Shown here in pieces: positions 50,204 to 62,947 of a DNA stretch of 64,000 nt (positions within the stretch are counted from its first letter, which is position 1; every line of letters starts with the position of its first letter). Both the position numbers and the translations under genes were made by a program. Source of the DNA: Podarcis gaigeae (lineage: Eukaryota); NCBI GenBank assembly GCA_964106915.2, contig OZ066920.1; one strand, 5' to 3'. Below the pieces are notes generated by a model. It had not been told where the DNA came from. It made no database searches and saw nothing but the letters and a program-made list of their open reading frames with translations.

Positions 50204-50456
50204 CAGGGGTCAGCAAGGTTTATCTTGCCTGCACTGGATCGGTCCCGTGGAGATCCCTCCGTGGGCCAGAGCGCATGCCCCCGTAATTTCTGGCGTCTGC
50301 TCATGCACGATTTCTGGAGCCGTGGAAGTGAGTTCCTGCGCTGCGCCGGTTTAGCGCAAAACGCGAGTGGGCAGCTCTGTTTGGGGGCAGCCCGTGGGCC
50401 GGTCAAACGACCTTCACGGGCCGCTTCTGGCCCATGGGCCTTAGGCTGCTGACCCG
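50204..50456. mobile_element. hAT MITE with GC-rich interior
   Basis: Ends CAGGGGTCAGCA / TGCTGACCCG. 8-bp TSD CTCTAAAT / TTCTAAAT (7 of 8). Confidence 0.8.
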
Positions 50457-51879
50457 TTCTAAATGAAAGCTGTACGACAGTGCAAGATGCAGTTCCATTA
50501 GGGTTTCCAAGCATGCATACTCAAAGATAAGAGTAAATAGGTGAATAGGCAGTACACATTTGGAGGCTACCAAGGAAGCCCTTTACTTCTTTCTGCAACC
50601 ATGTGGACTCTCGCAGCATTATTTGGCCCGTAAAAAAACCAGGGAGTACTATCTGGCTTCTTACATTGCTAGATATTTCTCTTCCTTCCTAACACTCCCC
50701 ACATATTGGTAACCTTCTCTTTTTTCCTGCACTTTGGAAACAATTCAAGGCATTATTCCTTGTTTTAAGTTCATAATCCATCATCTTATGGAGCCACCTA
50801 ATGCCTTTAAATATGAAAGGTTGTTTCTTCAAAATGTGCTGAGAACTGATGTTTCTCAGTTCTATTTAATTTAATTTAGTTTATTGCATTCACATTGTTT
50901 ATTATATTTTAGTTATAACATAAATGTAAGTAAAACTGAGAAGCTACAATTCTCTTACATGGTGGTCCTAATTCTTTGGTGTGGATCTGAAAACAAACTT
51001 TCAGCCGTCATAAATAGTTTTGAAAATGTGAAACAAAAATAACTAAAAAAAGAAACCAAGAATTTATTTGACTTTTAATTTTCATGATTATGTCTTTGGC
51101 TGGTATTCAACTAAATTTTACTCAGAGCAGAGCCAATGAAATTAATGAACCTGACTAAGTTAGGTCCTTTAAATAGGCTCACTCTGACCCCTTGCATCAG
51201 CATTTTTCATTTGCTTTCTAAAATCTTGCGTATTTTGATAGTAACAATGTAGGGGTCTATATAGTATTGTCTACTCACAGCTGATTCAAAGACCTGCATG
51301 TTCATGATATGCAAATTCTGCTAATTTATACATCCAGAGTATTTAAAGTAGTTATGGAGCTTTATCTCATTACATATTTTCTTCTGTTCTTGTAACTGCA
51401 CAAATTGACCACCATAGACTATAGGCATCAGTAGTGGCCAACAGACAAAGTTGACTGTATGGTTCTCCTCCTGCTACACGGTCAGCTGTATTAGTGGTTG
51501 TTATATTCAGCAAAGAGCTGAAAGAAGCAATTCATCCTGGGGAAGCCATTGTTTCTGGCCATTTGCCATTTGAGACAGGGGTCACTGTGTTAGTTATGTT
51601 CTGCCTAGGTTTTTAGGCTTTTCAAAAGACTCCGGGGGGGGGGGGAGCAGAATCTTCTTTTGAAGAAACCAAACAAAGCTTCAGTGTTAAATATGCAACT
51701 ATAAGAACCGAGACACTGGGAACTAACTGGTGACTGAATTAGGATTTGCTAGGCACAACTAAGCAAAGTTTGGTGACATGAAATGCATGTAGCCATATAA
51801 TGAATAATAAAAGCATCCATATAATAATAGTAATGATAACATACTCTGAATGCTTAACTATTTCTCTATTCACTACTTT

Positions 51880-52030
51880 ATTCATTCTTGTGACATCCTT
51901 AAAGAGATGCCAATTTTATTATCTCCAATTTGAGGGGAATGGGGAAGGAAAGGAGAGATAGAGAAACTTGCCAAAGGCTGTCTAGTGTCACAGTGGGCAG
52001 AAGTTAGATCTAGATCTACTTTTACATGCT
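51880..52030 (-). mobile_element. Old MIR-like SINE remnant
   Basis: TTATTATCTCCAATTT...ACTTGCCAAAGGC...GTGGGCAGAAGTTAGAT resembles the reverse complement of the MIR core. Confidence 0.45.
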
Positions 52031-53151
52031 TAGCAGTAGATTGGCATGGGCTTCTGATTCCCAATTGCATGTGAATAATAGCAACAAACTGATACCTCTC
52101 CCTACCACCCTAAATTATACTGCTGAAATGTAGAAAGCTTGGGGTAACCCAAATTAGAGTTTTGTGTGAAAGATTGTGAGCTCCATTCAGGATGCCTAGG
52201 CCCCAAATTATTTTATGTGCCTGCCTAGTGCACTAGGCAGCTTTGAGTAGATCTTGGGGTTTAGTAAAAAATACAGTATATTTTGCAAGCCTTAAGTCTG
52301 TCTACCCTGGTGTAGTGAACTCACAGTTGAGGTGATATTTGATTTTAAGACAGTTTGGAAAGCAGCCTCTCAGGTATGATTTTGATTAAGGGACTAACGC
52401 TTTTGCAAAGGATTTTAAAACATTTTTAAAAATGACTGGTAATTACTGTGTGATGAGTTGTGAGGTAGGGTTCAATTATTCAAAGGAACTAGATACTGCA
52501 ATTTCAGGACCATTTTTTTAGGTCCTGAAAGTGAAAGAATTTATTGTAAAACTTTAAGGAAATAAATATCATTCAGGTTTAGAATAATTTGGGGGCACCA
52601 CCTCTAATTGGTACTGGCTTTTATCCTTGTCTGACTCTGAAACTTCATGTGAATCATACCTCGGTTAGCATACATACCAAAACACATTGCTTTTGGCTCC
52701 TTTCCTATTTAGTTGAAACTTCCCCAACTCCCCCGGTTCAAATCAAAATGTATCTCTCTCAGACTACCTAAAACCCGGCGCCTACCAAACCATTACACGA
52801 GACATGTCATGCTGTTCTCTCTAATGCAACATGTGCATTATATGACATTGGCTGTGACAACCCATGTGATTTTTATTAACATTTATTATGTAATCACATC
52901 CAATGTAGTACTGTGGCATTAAAAAACCAACATGTTAGCCACTACAGGGAATAAGATTAAAGATTAAATAAGATTTGAAGCACGGGGAACACGGCAGATG
53001 ACTGTAAGGGCAAAGGAAGAAAGGCAGCAGAGACAATTATGGCTTTAAAGGAATATAAATGTGTACAAGTATCTGAGAATGCGATGGAAAGCACTTTCAT
53101 CTACTTATTAAAACAAGCATAAAATGAGGTAGGTAGTTAGAGCTGACCTAG

Positions 53152-53430
53152 TTCAAACTGACCTTAATAGACTGGAGAACTGGGTCCAAATGAACAAAAT
53201 GAATTTTAATAGGGACAAATGTAAGGTTTTATACTTAGGCAGGAACAGCCAGCTGCATAAATGGGGTAAACCTGGCTTACCAGTAGTACCTTGTGAAAAG
53301 GATTTAGGGGTCTTAGTAGACCCTAACTTAACATGAGTAAACAGCAAAAAAAGCTTATGCATCAACAGAAGTCTAGTGTCCTGATCAAGGGAAGTCATAG
53401 TACCGCTCTATTCTGCCTTGGTCAGATCAC
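53152..53430 (+). mobile_element. CR1 LINE ORF2 fragment (decayed)
   Basis: Translates as QTDLNRLENWVQMNKMNFNRDKCKVLYLG...EKDLGVLVD...PLYSALVR, the typical CR1 ORF2 C-terminal region. Confidence 0.85.
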
Positions 53431-53479
53431 ATTAGGTTATCTGGGGAAATTTCAGGGCAATGATCTGTTTAGTCGAATT

Positions 53480-53619
53480 CAGGGTTTCCTAAACGTGGGT
53501 CTCCAGCTGTTTTTGGACGACAATTCCCATCATCCCTGACAACTGGTTCTATCCTACCAGCTAGGGATGATGGGAGTTGTAGATCAAAGCAGTTGGAGAC
53601 TCAAGCTTGGGAAGCCCTG
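53480..53619. mobile_element. Short palindromic hAT-like MITE
   Basis: Ends CAGGGTTTCCTAAAC / GCTTGGGAAGCCCTG. Inner arms TCCCATCATCCCT / AGGGATGATGGGA. Confidence 0.75.
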
Positions 53620-54384
53620 ATTTAATTTATACTACCTCTTATTTCCTTCATTTAGTAAATTCTATTTATTATTTTAGTTGTGTGTGTAGTTGCTAAAATA
53701 CAATGCTTGCACAGCAATACAGCATCCTCCTGTTTTTTTATCATCTGCAGCTTCTGTTTCCTGAAGTGCTCTTTCTTACTTCCTTTCTACTTCACAACAC
53801 AGTAAGTTGCTATGTGATTACTTCACGGAGGAGCATAATTTTAAAACGCTTCCTGTGGTGCATTCGCATAGGGAACATTTCTAGTATTGAAAGTCATCTA
53901 ATAGATACAATACTTAAGAAGCTACTCAGTAGTACTCATGTTGGCAAGCTGCCTGCAAGTGAAAATTCATTTAAGCAAATCCGCTGTAAAACACAAGGGT
54001 GAGAAGCTTCCTAATAAAGTGTATTTTGAGATTCTGTATTCAAACCCAAGCCAACTGAGTTGAGACTATAATAAGCTGTCCAGAGTCACTATTTGGTATC
54101 TGACATCATTAATGGATCAAGTAGTTCATTTTCTAGCCCATTTTCTGCAATTAACCATTTATGGATTAAATTAGTAAATTAGCACAATGACCAACGGGAG
54201 TAATCCAAGATTCAAGAGACATACTTGGAAGGGCTAAGTAGTAGTAATGAAATGGACAAACTGGTTTTTGTTTTGGATGTAAGAGGCAGCTGACCTGTTT
54301 CTACCATAGTTCATAAAGAGGTGTACTGCAACCAAAACCCCTAATATGGTGATGGATCCTGCTACCAGAACTTTTATCTTTCAT

Positions 54385-54470
54385 ATGAACCTAAGAAGAG
54401 CCCTGCTGGAAAAGGCCTACCTAATCCTGCATTCTGTTCTCACAGTGGCCAATCAGATGCCTATGCAATG
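54385..54470 (-). mobile_element. CR1-type LINE 3' end fragment
   Basis: TAAGAAGAGCCCTGCTGG...CTGTTCTCACAGTGGCCAATCAGATGCCTATG, the same family as 7711 and 31130. Confidence 0.55.
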
Positions 54471-55516
54471 TCAACAAACTGGACACATGAGCACCCTTCC
54501 ACTCATGATTCTCAGCTAGTATAGAGGTTTCTGGAACTGATGCTGAATTACATTACACTAGCTGTCTCAGACCCAGCACTGCTTGGGAATTCTAAGAAAC
54601 AAAACAGTGAGTACCGTCTTGAAATTGGTAATGAAAATTTGCACAGTTTTAAAAGGTTCAGTACGCCATCTTGATTCAAAATGGTGTCCAATTATATCAA
54701 TAGACAAAAACCTGCTCCTTGATCTCAGGAACCATCATGCAAGCTTTCTTAAGAGGTGTCCAAATTCAGAGAGATGAGCTAAAGAGACCACCCTCCAAAA
54801 TACATGGTAGATTCAGCAGCACCTAGGAACATTCAGTAACTTTACAGAAAAAAACTGCCAAGAAGTGGGTTTGTAAACCAGTCCTGAGGGCAACTGTATT
54901 CAGGTGGAGACACAGATTTCTGCAAATTATTATGAAATACAACCACATCAAGACCTTCACATGCCACACCATATTTAAAAGTGAAGTGGAATAGGGATCA
55001 AGAGCCATGTTCCATGACATTTTCTGATAGCAAAATAGTCAATGAAATGCAAAATGTTTGCAGCCCTTGAAGGTTCCTGGAAATTAATCTATATAGGGAT
55101 GGTAGAGACTTTGGGCTTGCAGCTTCACTTCTAACGTACTGCAATATGTTGATATAGTTGAGATTTGATACCCAAATCACTTTTTAACAGGCAGCTTAAC
55201 ATTTAAACCAGGGAGTAAAATGGCCAGGGAAAACTGGCCCAACTAACTTGTAACAATTTGTCCACTCTGTAATTTAGATCTTTGTTTGAAATCAAGAAAA
55301 GGAAATGGAAGGACAGAAGGGGGGGGAGTAGTGGTGCAAAACAGAAACCTGATTTTCTTGATAAGTAAGCATAGTGTATTTGCATAAATCAAGGCTATTT
55401 ACCTACAGGATTCTAAGATTCATTTCAGTTTCAATCAATTGGCCTTAATCTTTCTTTTCTAGGCATCTAATTCACACCTCACCTGGAACTAGGAATGTAT
55501 TAACATGTATTAATAC

Positions 55517-56028
55517 CTTTAACATCTGGATCATCTATATGAGGCTCCAAATTTTCTATCATTTCTTCCAACTCCTTCCTTGTAGCCATGGTAACGTTTG
55601 AAGAAGCTGATGCAACAACTTCCTGCTCTCCTTCCTGAGTTTCTGAATCAAGTGTTTCTGCAGTTTCCTGAAGTTCTAAATCAATATCTATCTTGGGAAG
55701 TGGAGTCCTCCAGAAATTGAATGAGTTATATAGCTCTTGATCAGAAAGGGGTTTTTCCTGGGAACTCGGTGCAGGTGCTGGCAATACTGCTATACTACAG
55801 CAATCAAAACTTTGTTCGTTCTTATTTGCTGCTTCTTGACATGATTCTGAAGACGAAGTGCAATGAAACATTGTCTCAGGCAGGGAATGAACCAACATGG
55901 AGTTACTCTCTTCCTTGTCATTTTCAAGGGTCTCTGCAAAATCACTCTCATCAGCATCTAAAGACAACTCTGTCTGGCTTTGTACATCATGTGTTGGGAT
56001 ATCTTCTGTATCTACAATTCTTTCATTG
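55517..56028 (-). CDS. PPP4R1: PPP4R1 large linker exon (NERIVDTED...ELYNSFNFWRTPLPKID...IENLEPHIDDPDVK)
   Basis: GT-AG, 512 nt, in phase with both neighbours. Confidence 0.93.
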
Positions 56029-56591
56029 CTGGACAAAGAAAATAAATGTGTGTGTTATCTACCATAGTGGTTATAAAGACATATTTGGCTACAACATGGG
56101 TGGTCAATCTACAATATGGAGGTCACAAAGGGGAAAATGGAGGGTGGAAGGATGCTGGGAAAAACAAGCAAACACAAAATTAAAGACACGTGTTACACCA
56201 AAGCACAAGGAGCTGTATGTGCATTGTAGTGCAAAATAAACTGGCCTCAACTTCTGGCATAGTCAGTCACTGCTGGTCTACATAAGGACACTTGTGCCTT
56301 TCTTAGTTGCTCACAAACAGGCAGCATCAAAATTAAGGTCCTTCAAAAAGAATGAACATTTGGCACATATATTCTGTATCCACAATTTTTTCATTGCTAG
56401 ACCCAGAAAATGTGTATGTCTAATAATCAGAATGGTTGGGTTGTTTAAAAGAAATATTTTTTTAAACCCATCCTACCTCAGAACTTGGGACATGAAATTT
56501 CCTTCATAATGGTAGAACATACAATCAAAGTATTAGTAAAAAAAAAGCTAAGAGCCAATGAATTTAAATGAAATTAATAACCAATCCATAC

Positions 56592-56722
56592 CTATGTTCC
56601 TCTGCAAGGTTCCGATCCTCAGTGTTTTTACATTCTTCTTCTTTAAAAAATTGACCACTGCTGGATGGATTAGCGAACGTTGATATAAAAGGCCCCAGGG
56701 ATTGAAAGGCAGCTTGGCGGAC
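56592..56722 (-). CDS. PPP4R1: PPP4R1 exon (VRQAAFQSLGPFISTFANPSSSGQFFKEEECKNTEDRNLAEEH)
   Basis: GT-AG, 131 nt. Confidence 0.93.
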
Positions 56723-57001
56723 CTAGAGTAATGGATTCCAGAGAGTTCCTTTAAATATAGCTGCTTGTAATGAGTGCTCCAGCTGTCAGAAGTGGAAACA
56801 TCATAAGTTCCCCAAGGTATGCTGCAAGGAAATCTTGCATCTTGAAACAAGGCCAACAAGTGGGACATGGGAATGCATTATGCTCACAGCCTCAAGAATA
56901 TTACATTACAACCAGGTACATACTTGAGTGTCACACCAGTGTCTGAATACGCATATTAAAGTACATATCTGTCTCCAGAAGAATATTTAAAAACTCTAGA
57001 G

Positions 57002-57141
57002 CAAGGGTGGGGAACCTGCAAACCCTGCAGATGTTGTCAGACTCCAGCTTCCAAAAAACCTCAGTCAATATGACCAATGGTCAGGGATGATGTTCTTGGA
57101 CTACAGCTCCTGTCTGGAGGACCACAGGTTAGCCACCCCTT
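57002..57141. mobile_element. Short palindromic hAT-like MITE (degenerate)
   Basis: Ends CAAGGGTGGGGAACCTG / CAGGTTAGCCACCCCT, with a CTCTAGAG target on the left. Confidence 0.6.
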
Positions 57142-57866
57142 ATTCTAATCCAGAGAAATATTGCATTATTCACATATATTTCACCACAATTTTACTATAA
57201 ATTCCTACATTACATTTCCATCCATATTCAGAACTTACAGAAGTACACATCTCTTTAACAGAAGAAATCACAATTTGTCAAAGCAGATATTAGAATGGGT
57301 GAGCAGGAAATCCAAATATATTTTCAAATACATATTTTAAAAGCTAGAGAAGGAACCAAGTAACAAATACAAACCAGATTGTAAAGTGTTTAATAGATAT
57401 ATATGCATTTTCACATCCTGTTTCCTGCCCAATTGTTTATTCCTTTGTCAAACCATCTTAAGAACCTCTGTACACTTTCACTGTACATGATTATATTTAC
57501 TTTCATAATAGAAGATTTCATTTTGGGGCATATACTTTTACTTTTGGTTCTGACAAATAACAGCACCGTTCCTTACGCTTTTTCAAAGTAGTAAAATATG
57601 TTGTGGCATCTAACAAATAAGTAAAACGACAAAAGTATCTGGACATATAGAGTTGCCTTAAAATGCTAGCCCTAATAGTTATTGAAAACATAATCGATGT
57701 CTACAAAACACTACAGGGGATGGAGCTTCTATACCTTGCATAATACATTACCCCCTTCCACATGTCAATGGTATTATCAATACTTAAAACATTAATTAAA
57801 CTCTCTCAAAATAATTGTCAAGCATCTTGCAAGAGGAGAAGGGGAGCTTAACAACTGACACCTTAC

Positions 57867-58025
57867 CCATCGTGAAGGGTCACTGATAAGGTTAATAAAA
57901 AGTGTTGATAATTTTGTTCGCCGGACCTCCTGTGATGTGGCACATGAAACAGCCATAAAACATTCAGCACAAGCCTTCCGCACACCCCAAACATTATCAG
58001 AACAAAGCTGAAAAAATCTAGGAAG
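57867..58025 (-). CDS. PPP4R1: PPP4R1 exon (LPRFFQLCSDNVWGVRKACAECFMAVSCATSQEVRRTKLSTLFINLISDPSRW)
   Basis: GT-AG, 159 nt, HEAT repeat. Confidence 0.95.
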
Positions 58026-58517
58026 CTGAAAAATACAAAGCATAACACAAATTTTCTATGAATAATTTAAATGAGGTTTTGACTTTCTATCTTGACATAA
58101 TTCCTCATAAACTTGTAAAATGTTATAGTGGAAAATTATTAAGTGTGCTATGGACAAGAGTAAGACAAGGGTGAATTCATTTTTTTGCTTCCTATGTTTG
58201 GAATTGCTTTACAATATAGTTTCCTTTTGGTATTAGAAAACCATCCCATCATCTCACAAAGAGCTTAAGCTACTCCAGTAAGCTACTCCACTCAGCAGCA
58301 TTCTGTACAACTTGTAGCTTTTGGAACAGCCCCACACAGAATTCATGTGTAACTGTGGCCAGGATATCTAGGTCCAGGAATGGCCGTAGCTGATGCACTA
58401 AAGTTGGTGAAAGGCATTAATGAAATCTAGCATAAATCAGTGTACTTTGGTTCCAGTGATTTTAATAGGAAGAATTATAACTAACTGCAGATTTTCAAAA
58501 CCTATTCCAGAATTTAC

Positions 58518-58583
58518 CAGCATTTCTTCAGTGGCTTGCTGTCCAACTACACTACAGATGTCACCAAAATTGGCTGCACAAAC
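58518..58583 (-). CDS. PPP4R1: PPP4R1 exon (VCAANFGDICSVVGQQATEEML)
   Basis: GT-AG, 66 nt. Confidence 0.93.
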
Positions 58584-59484
58584 CTGAAAAAACAATACAT
58601 TTATTATAATATGGCACCGAGCAGACAAAAACTATTCAAAAAAAGCAAGACTGAGGTTCTCAAACTACAATTTTTGCAATCAACTGTAAATCTATTGCAC
58701 TGGGCCACAGGTTTACTACTCACAGGTTTACTACTCACTTCAGTTCTAATCTTGAAAGGTAGCTAATTTAAAAATAGGAGATACAATTTGATATGAACAA
58801 GAAGTCTTGTTTCCCTAAAAGTTGCAGGAACAAACTGGTAAAGAGCACAATTGGTTTAAGTATTAAGTAGGATAAAATATAGATTTTTTTAAAGGTTCTG
58901 GTAACTTAAGTTATGAGCCACTGTGAGCGATCAGAAGTCTTCTTTCCTAAATTGTTGAGTTTACCCAACTCCCTCTGGTTCATCGCCTTACTACAGAGCT
59001 GATGTTGAATGAGGTGAACATTCAATGCAATTATGTTTTCCTTTAGGGAGAATGAGGGTGGATCTCATTTCACATTTAGCTGTTAACGAATCACCAGATT
59101 TTGAGTCAAGAAAGAATTTCCCCCTAAAGTTCAGACTTTACTTGCATCTACACCATACATTTAAAGGGCCCTTCTTCCACCTTAGGAGTAATGGCTTCTC
59201 CTAAAGTATCCTGGGAACTGTAGTTTGTCAAGGGTCTCTGCACCTTTCACAAAATATGGTTTCCATTACTCTCTGGGAAAAGCCATGACTCTTAAAGTGG
59301 TGGAAGAGTGCTTTAAATGTTTGGTGTGGGTATGATGCCAATAACAAATTTGGAGAAATTTGCCCTTCCCATAGTGCAGCAATGGCTCATTTGTTTGTTA
59401 TCTGCTCTTGTCTTGCACTGATGTACCTCAGTACTATGGACTTGTTCTGCTTTGGCCAACAAATTGTGTTGTGTTGGTCATCTG

Positions 59485-59572
59485 TCATGGATGCTTTAGT
59501 TGAGATTCCTGCATTGCAGGGAGTTGGACTAGATGACCCTTGGGCTCCCTTCCAACTCTACAATTTTATGAT
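59485..59572 (+). mobile_element. CR1 LINE extreme 3' end
   Basis: GGAGTTGGACTAGATGACCCTTGGGCTCCCTTCCAACTCTACAATTTTATGATT, the CR1 3' terminus. Confidence 0.75.
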
Positions 59573-59919
59573 TTGAAGAGGAAATATTGATGTATGTAAG
59601 ATCTTGCCTTAGAGTAGCTGGGCTGATCTTTATGTTCTTCCTGATCCTTGCCAGCTTTATGATACTAGCATTTTAATTTCGGGATTCCATCATCTTTGCA
59701 GAATAAAGTGAGGATAGGATAGGATAGCAGTCAAATATTATCATTCTAATGCTTTTACAACTGTTTGACTGGACAATATTCAAAGTATGTGCTCTGGCGA
59801 GTCAAATGCCAAACCCTAGAGAGTATCAGCAACAGCTGACGTTTACTTGCTTCTTCATTTCCAGTGATGTCCTAAAAATCCTTCATTTCTGCCCTGCCTT
59901 ACTGTGAATGGAGCCTATG

Positions 59920-60110
59920 AATCCCGCCCTTCCTCCAAGAAATGCAAGATGGCATACAAGGAGTTATCACACTTTTAGCCTCTTAGCTACCATCTGTGAT
60001 GGTTAGCTATTGAGTTAATGACTCACTCAAAATTACCCACTAAGCTACCTGGCAGAGGAGGGACTTAAAAGTCATGTCTCCAGAGTCCCAAGTCATATTT
60101 TCTTGATGCC
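59920..60110 (-). mobile_element. Old CORE-SINE remnant
   Basis: Degenerate similarity to 22390-22585 and to the Squam3-like copies. Confidence 0.4.
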
Positions 60111-60351
60111 ACACTGACATCTTAAGACAATGGTTGTTTATGGCCATAATCGTTACCTATAGTTTCCTCATTCATTCCAATAAACAGGAAAGACCTACAT
60201 ATACAAAGCTGCCAAGAGATCAGTGCATTAACAAAGGAGGTTTTGATTCCTACTTAGAATAAATGCTTTCTATTTCCAAAAAAAGCAGGGCTAAAATTCT
60301 GGCAAGGTAAAGAAGGGAAATAAAGAGATTTACAAAGGAAAAAGGTCATAC

Positions 60352-60459
60352 CTTACGAACATGAAACATTCTGCAGTCACAGCACATCTCACAAAACCTG
60401 GGAAGAATGAGCCTCTCTGTAATGTCCTTTCCTACCATAGAGGCCATTTTGCACATTAT
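60352..60459 (-). CDS. PPP4R1: PPP4R1 exon (IMCKMASMVGKDITERLILPRFCEMCCDCRMFHVRK)
   Basis: GT-AG, 108 nt. Confidence 0.95.
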
Positions 60460-60914
60460 CTAATTACAAGAAAAACATTGATTATGCATCTGGTATCACT
60501 GCATTCCTAGATATGCAAAAATTCCTGCCTGTAATCCAATAGCATTTTTATGAAAATGTTTATTACAAAATGCTTAATTAGTATTTTCTCTTGCATCCTC
60601 TCTGTACATTGAAACAAAATGCTCTTGCCAATTAAAATTAACAGAAGGCAGATACAATGAAAAAATGTTTCTCTTGGTCTCAGCTAGGGGTTGCCTAGCT
60701 TTATGGTCTAGTAGTAGTATTTTGAATTTTAGGAAAGCACCATGGGCACCAGTCAAAAAATGGCTGGTGGTGGCATGACACAACATAAGAGCACACTCAT
60801 TGCTGCTTCATGCTCCACCCCTTATGAGTAATGTGAGAAGTTAGCTATGACCTTTTAATCCTGATTGTGGAGATTATACAATGTTGATTCCCCCCCCCCC
60901 AATTCCTACCAGGG

Positions 60915-61210
60915 AAAAATCTAGAAAATGGTTACACCACACACCACACTATGTCTTGCATAACACATGCACATGTTCACCACACACAGACAGACCACAG
61001 ACACATATGCATCTGCCTGCCCAAGTGCATCTCTCTCTCACAGACCTACCTGCAACTCCCCTCCCTACTCACACACACCAACCATACATACATACACTGG
61101 TACCTGAGACTCCTTTGGGAGGAAGGATGTGATAGAATTTTAATAAATGCAACTCTCTCACACAGATCACACATACCTCCCCCCACTCTTTCTCAGACAC
61201 AGACCACATT
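60915..61210. repeat. Degenerate CA-rich low-complexity tract
   Basis: Interrupted CACA/CACAT runs. Confidence 0.6.
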
Positions 61211-61750
61211 TGTCCCTGACCAAGTATGTGTCAAAGAAAGTGCCTGCTGCTAGCTTTCAATGGCTGTTGAGCTACAGCCAGCTGAATGAATGAGGTGAAC
61301 CCTTTCACTCCTTTTCCCCCTCCACCAGACATTGACAAAGAAAGAAATCATGGGTGAAATAATTTTCCTTGTTTGCAAGGCCCAATAAGACAGAACAAAG
61401 GCAATTAATTTTTTTCTAATTATTTTCTAATTTGAGTTCTTGATCCACATTAAGTTCAGTGGATGCAATCCTGTATAGTTTGGATGCTTTATTCCAGGAG
61501 TTTAACAACTTGTGAGCAGGATTGAAGCATCACCATTCTTCCATTTCCTCTGTTCTTGGTCCAAAAAAATGTTTTATGATCTCTGAAACATGCTTATCGC
61601 TATAACTACACCATTATCTTAGTCTGAAAAGCACTAGTTTACATCTCATTCATGACAAAGGTTACTCTATGGGAAAGCAAGCATGTTTGCTGTTTAGTAA
61701 ATCCAGATAATTAATTAATATAGACAATGCAAAGTCATCCTCCAACTTAC

Positions 61751-61897
61751 TGCCACAGCCTCTGTCTTCACATCATCATTGCTGTCTGGAGCCGTCAGCT
61801 CTACAAGAACTGGGCATACTTTGGCCTCCACATCATATCGTTCAATAAGTTCTTGCTCTAAAAGAACAAGTAATGCTGCCTGGCTTGTTTTTCTCAC
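61751..61897 (-). CDS. PPP4R1: PPP4R1 exon (VRKTSQAALLVLLEQELIERYDVEAKVCPVLVELTAPDSNDDVKTEAVA)
   Basis: GT-AG, 147 nt. Confidence 0.95.
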
Positions 61898-62152
61898 CTA
61901 TGTTTAAAAAGAAGAGAGGAAGGGACTTGAATTATGTTTCCACCTATGACACAAAGCTTTAGAACAAACATTTTATAAGACAGCAAGAACTAACTCCTGT
62001 GAATCGCTTTCAGGCTCCACTCTATATTTACCTAGAAATGTCCCACTGAACTCAATGGGCCTTATTTCTGAATAGGATCTACACAGGATTATGTTGTCTG
62101 GGATATTGCCATACACTGTTAGTATTTATTTCCATGAATTCTTTAACATATG

Positions 62153-62947
62153 TGTCAGGGGCTCAGGAGCAGAGGCACAGGAGGGGGAGGAAATGGAGAG
62201 CGAGGGAGAGGAATCCGAGGGGAGCATAGGAGAAGATGACAGTGGATCGGAAGATTCACAGAAGGGGGCGCCGGTGGCCAGGGCAAGGGGGGTCCCAAGG
62301 GGGACACTCCAGAAACAATGGGCCAGCGGGGACTCCCAGAGCAGCAGTTGGAGATCAGGACCAGCTTCCCCACCAGAGCATAGTGGGGGGGAAGAGTCCC
62401 AAGTATCGGGGCCAGTGCATTCCCCACCAGGGAGAGAAGACGAGGCAGAGATGACCACGCCTCCATCGGAGAGTCGGACAACGGAGGGGAGGTCAGATCC
62501 GGCCAGTATCCCGGAAGAGGGAAGCAGTGACGGAAGTAGTGTAACGGTTAGGAGAAAGGTCACTGGGTTGGCGCGAGAGGCAAGTTCAAATGTACAGGAG
62601 CGCGGACAGCAGAGAATGAGGATTGGGAACCGGGTCCTAAAGCCCGCCGGAGGGAGGGGGAGGAGCTAAGCGACTCAGCGTCGGAAGAGTCCAGAAAGGG
62701 CAATGCCCCAGCAGGCAGGAGGACCCAGAGGAGGAGAGAGCAGTGGAAAAGGTGGAGCAGGGCTAGGATCTTAAACTGGTGTCAAAGGGGAGGAGACTCA
62801 GACGGGACTTCGCCGATCTAGAGTCCAAGACGTAGTGCTGCACGCTGTGGCTTTGAAATGGAAATTGGACTTTAATAAAGACTTTTGTACATTACAACAA
62901 CTTAGCGTTGGTCCTCTGTGAGCTGGGACCTAGAGGCAGCACTGACA
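62153..62947 (+). mobile_element. Solo LTR-like element (probably Gypsy/Ty3-type), 795 bp
   Basis: TGTCAG...CTGACA termini, perfect 5-bp TSD ATATG (62148-62152 and 62948-62952), AATAAA at 62874-62879. Antisense to the host gene. Confidence 0.85.
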
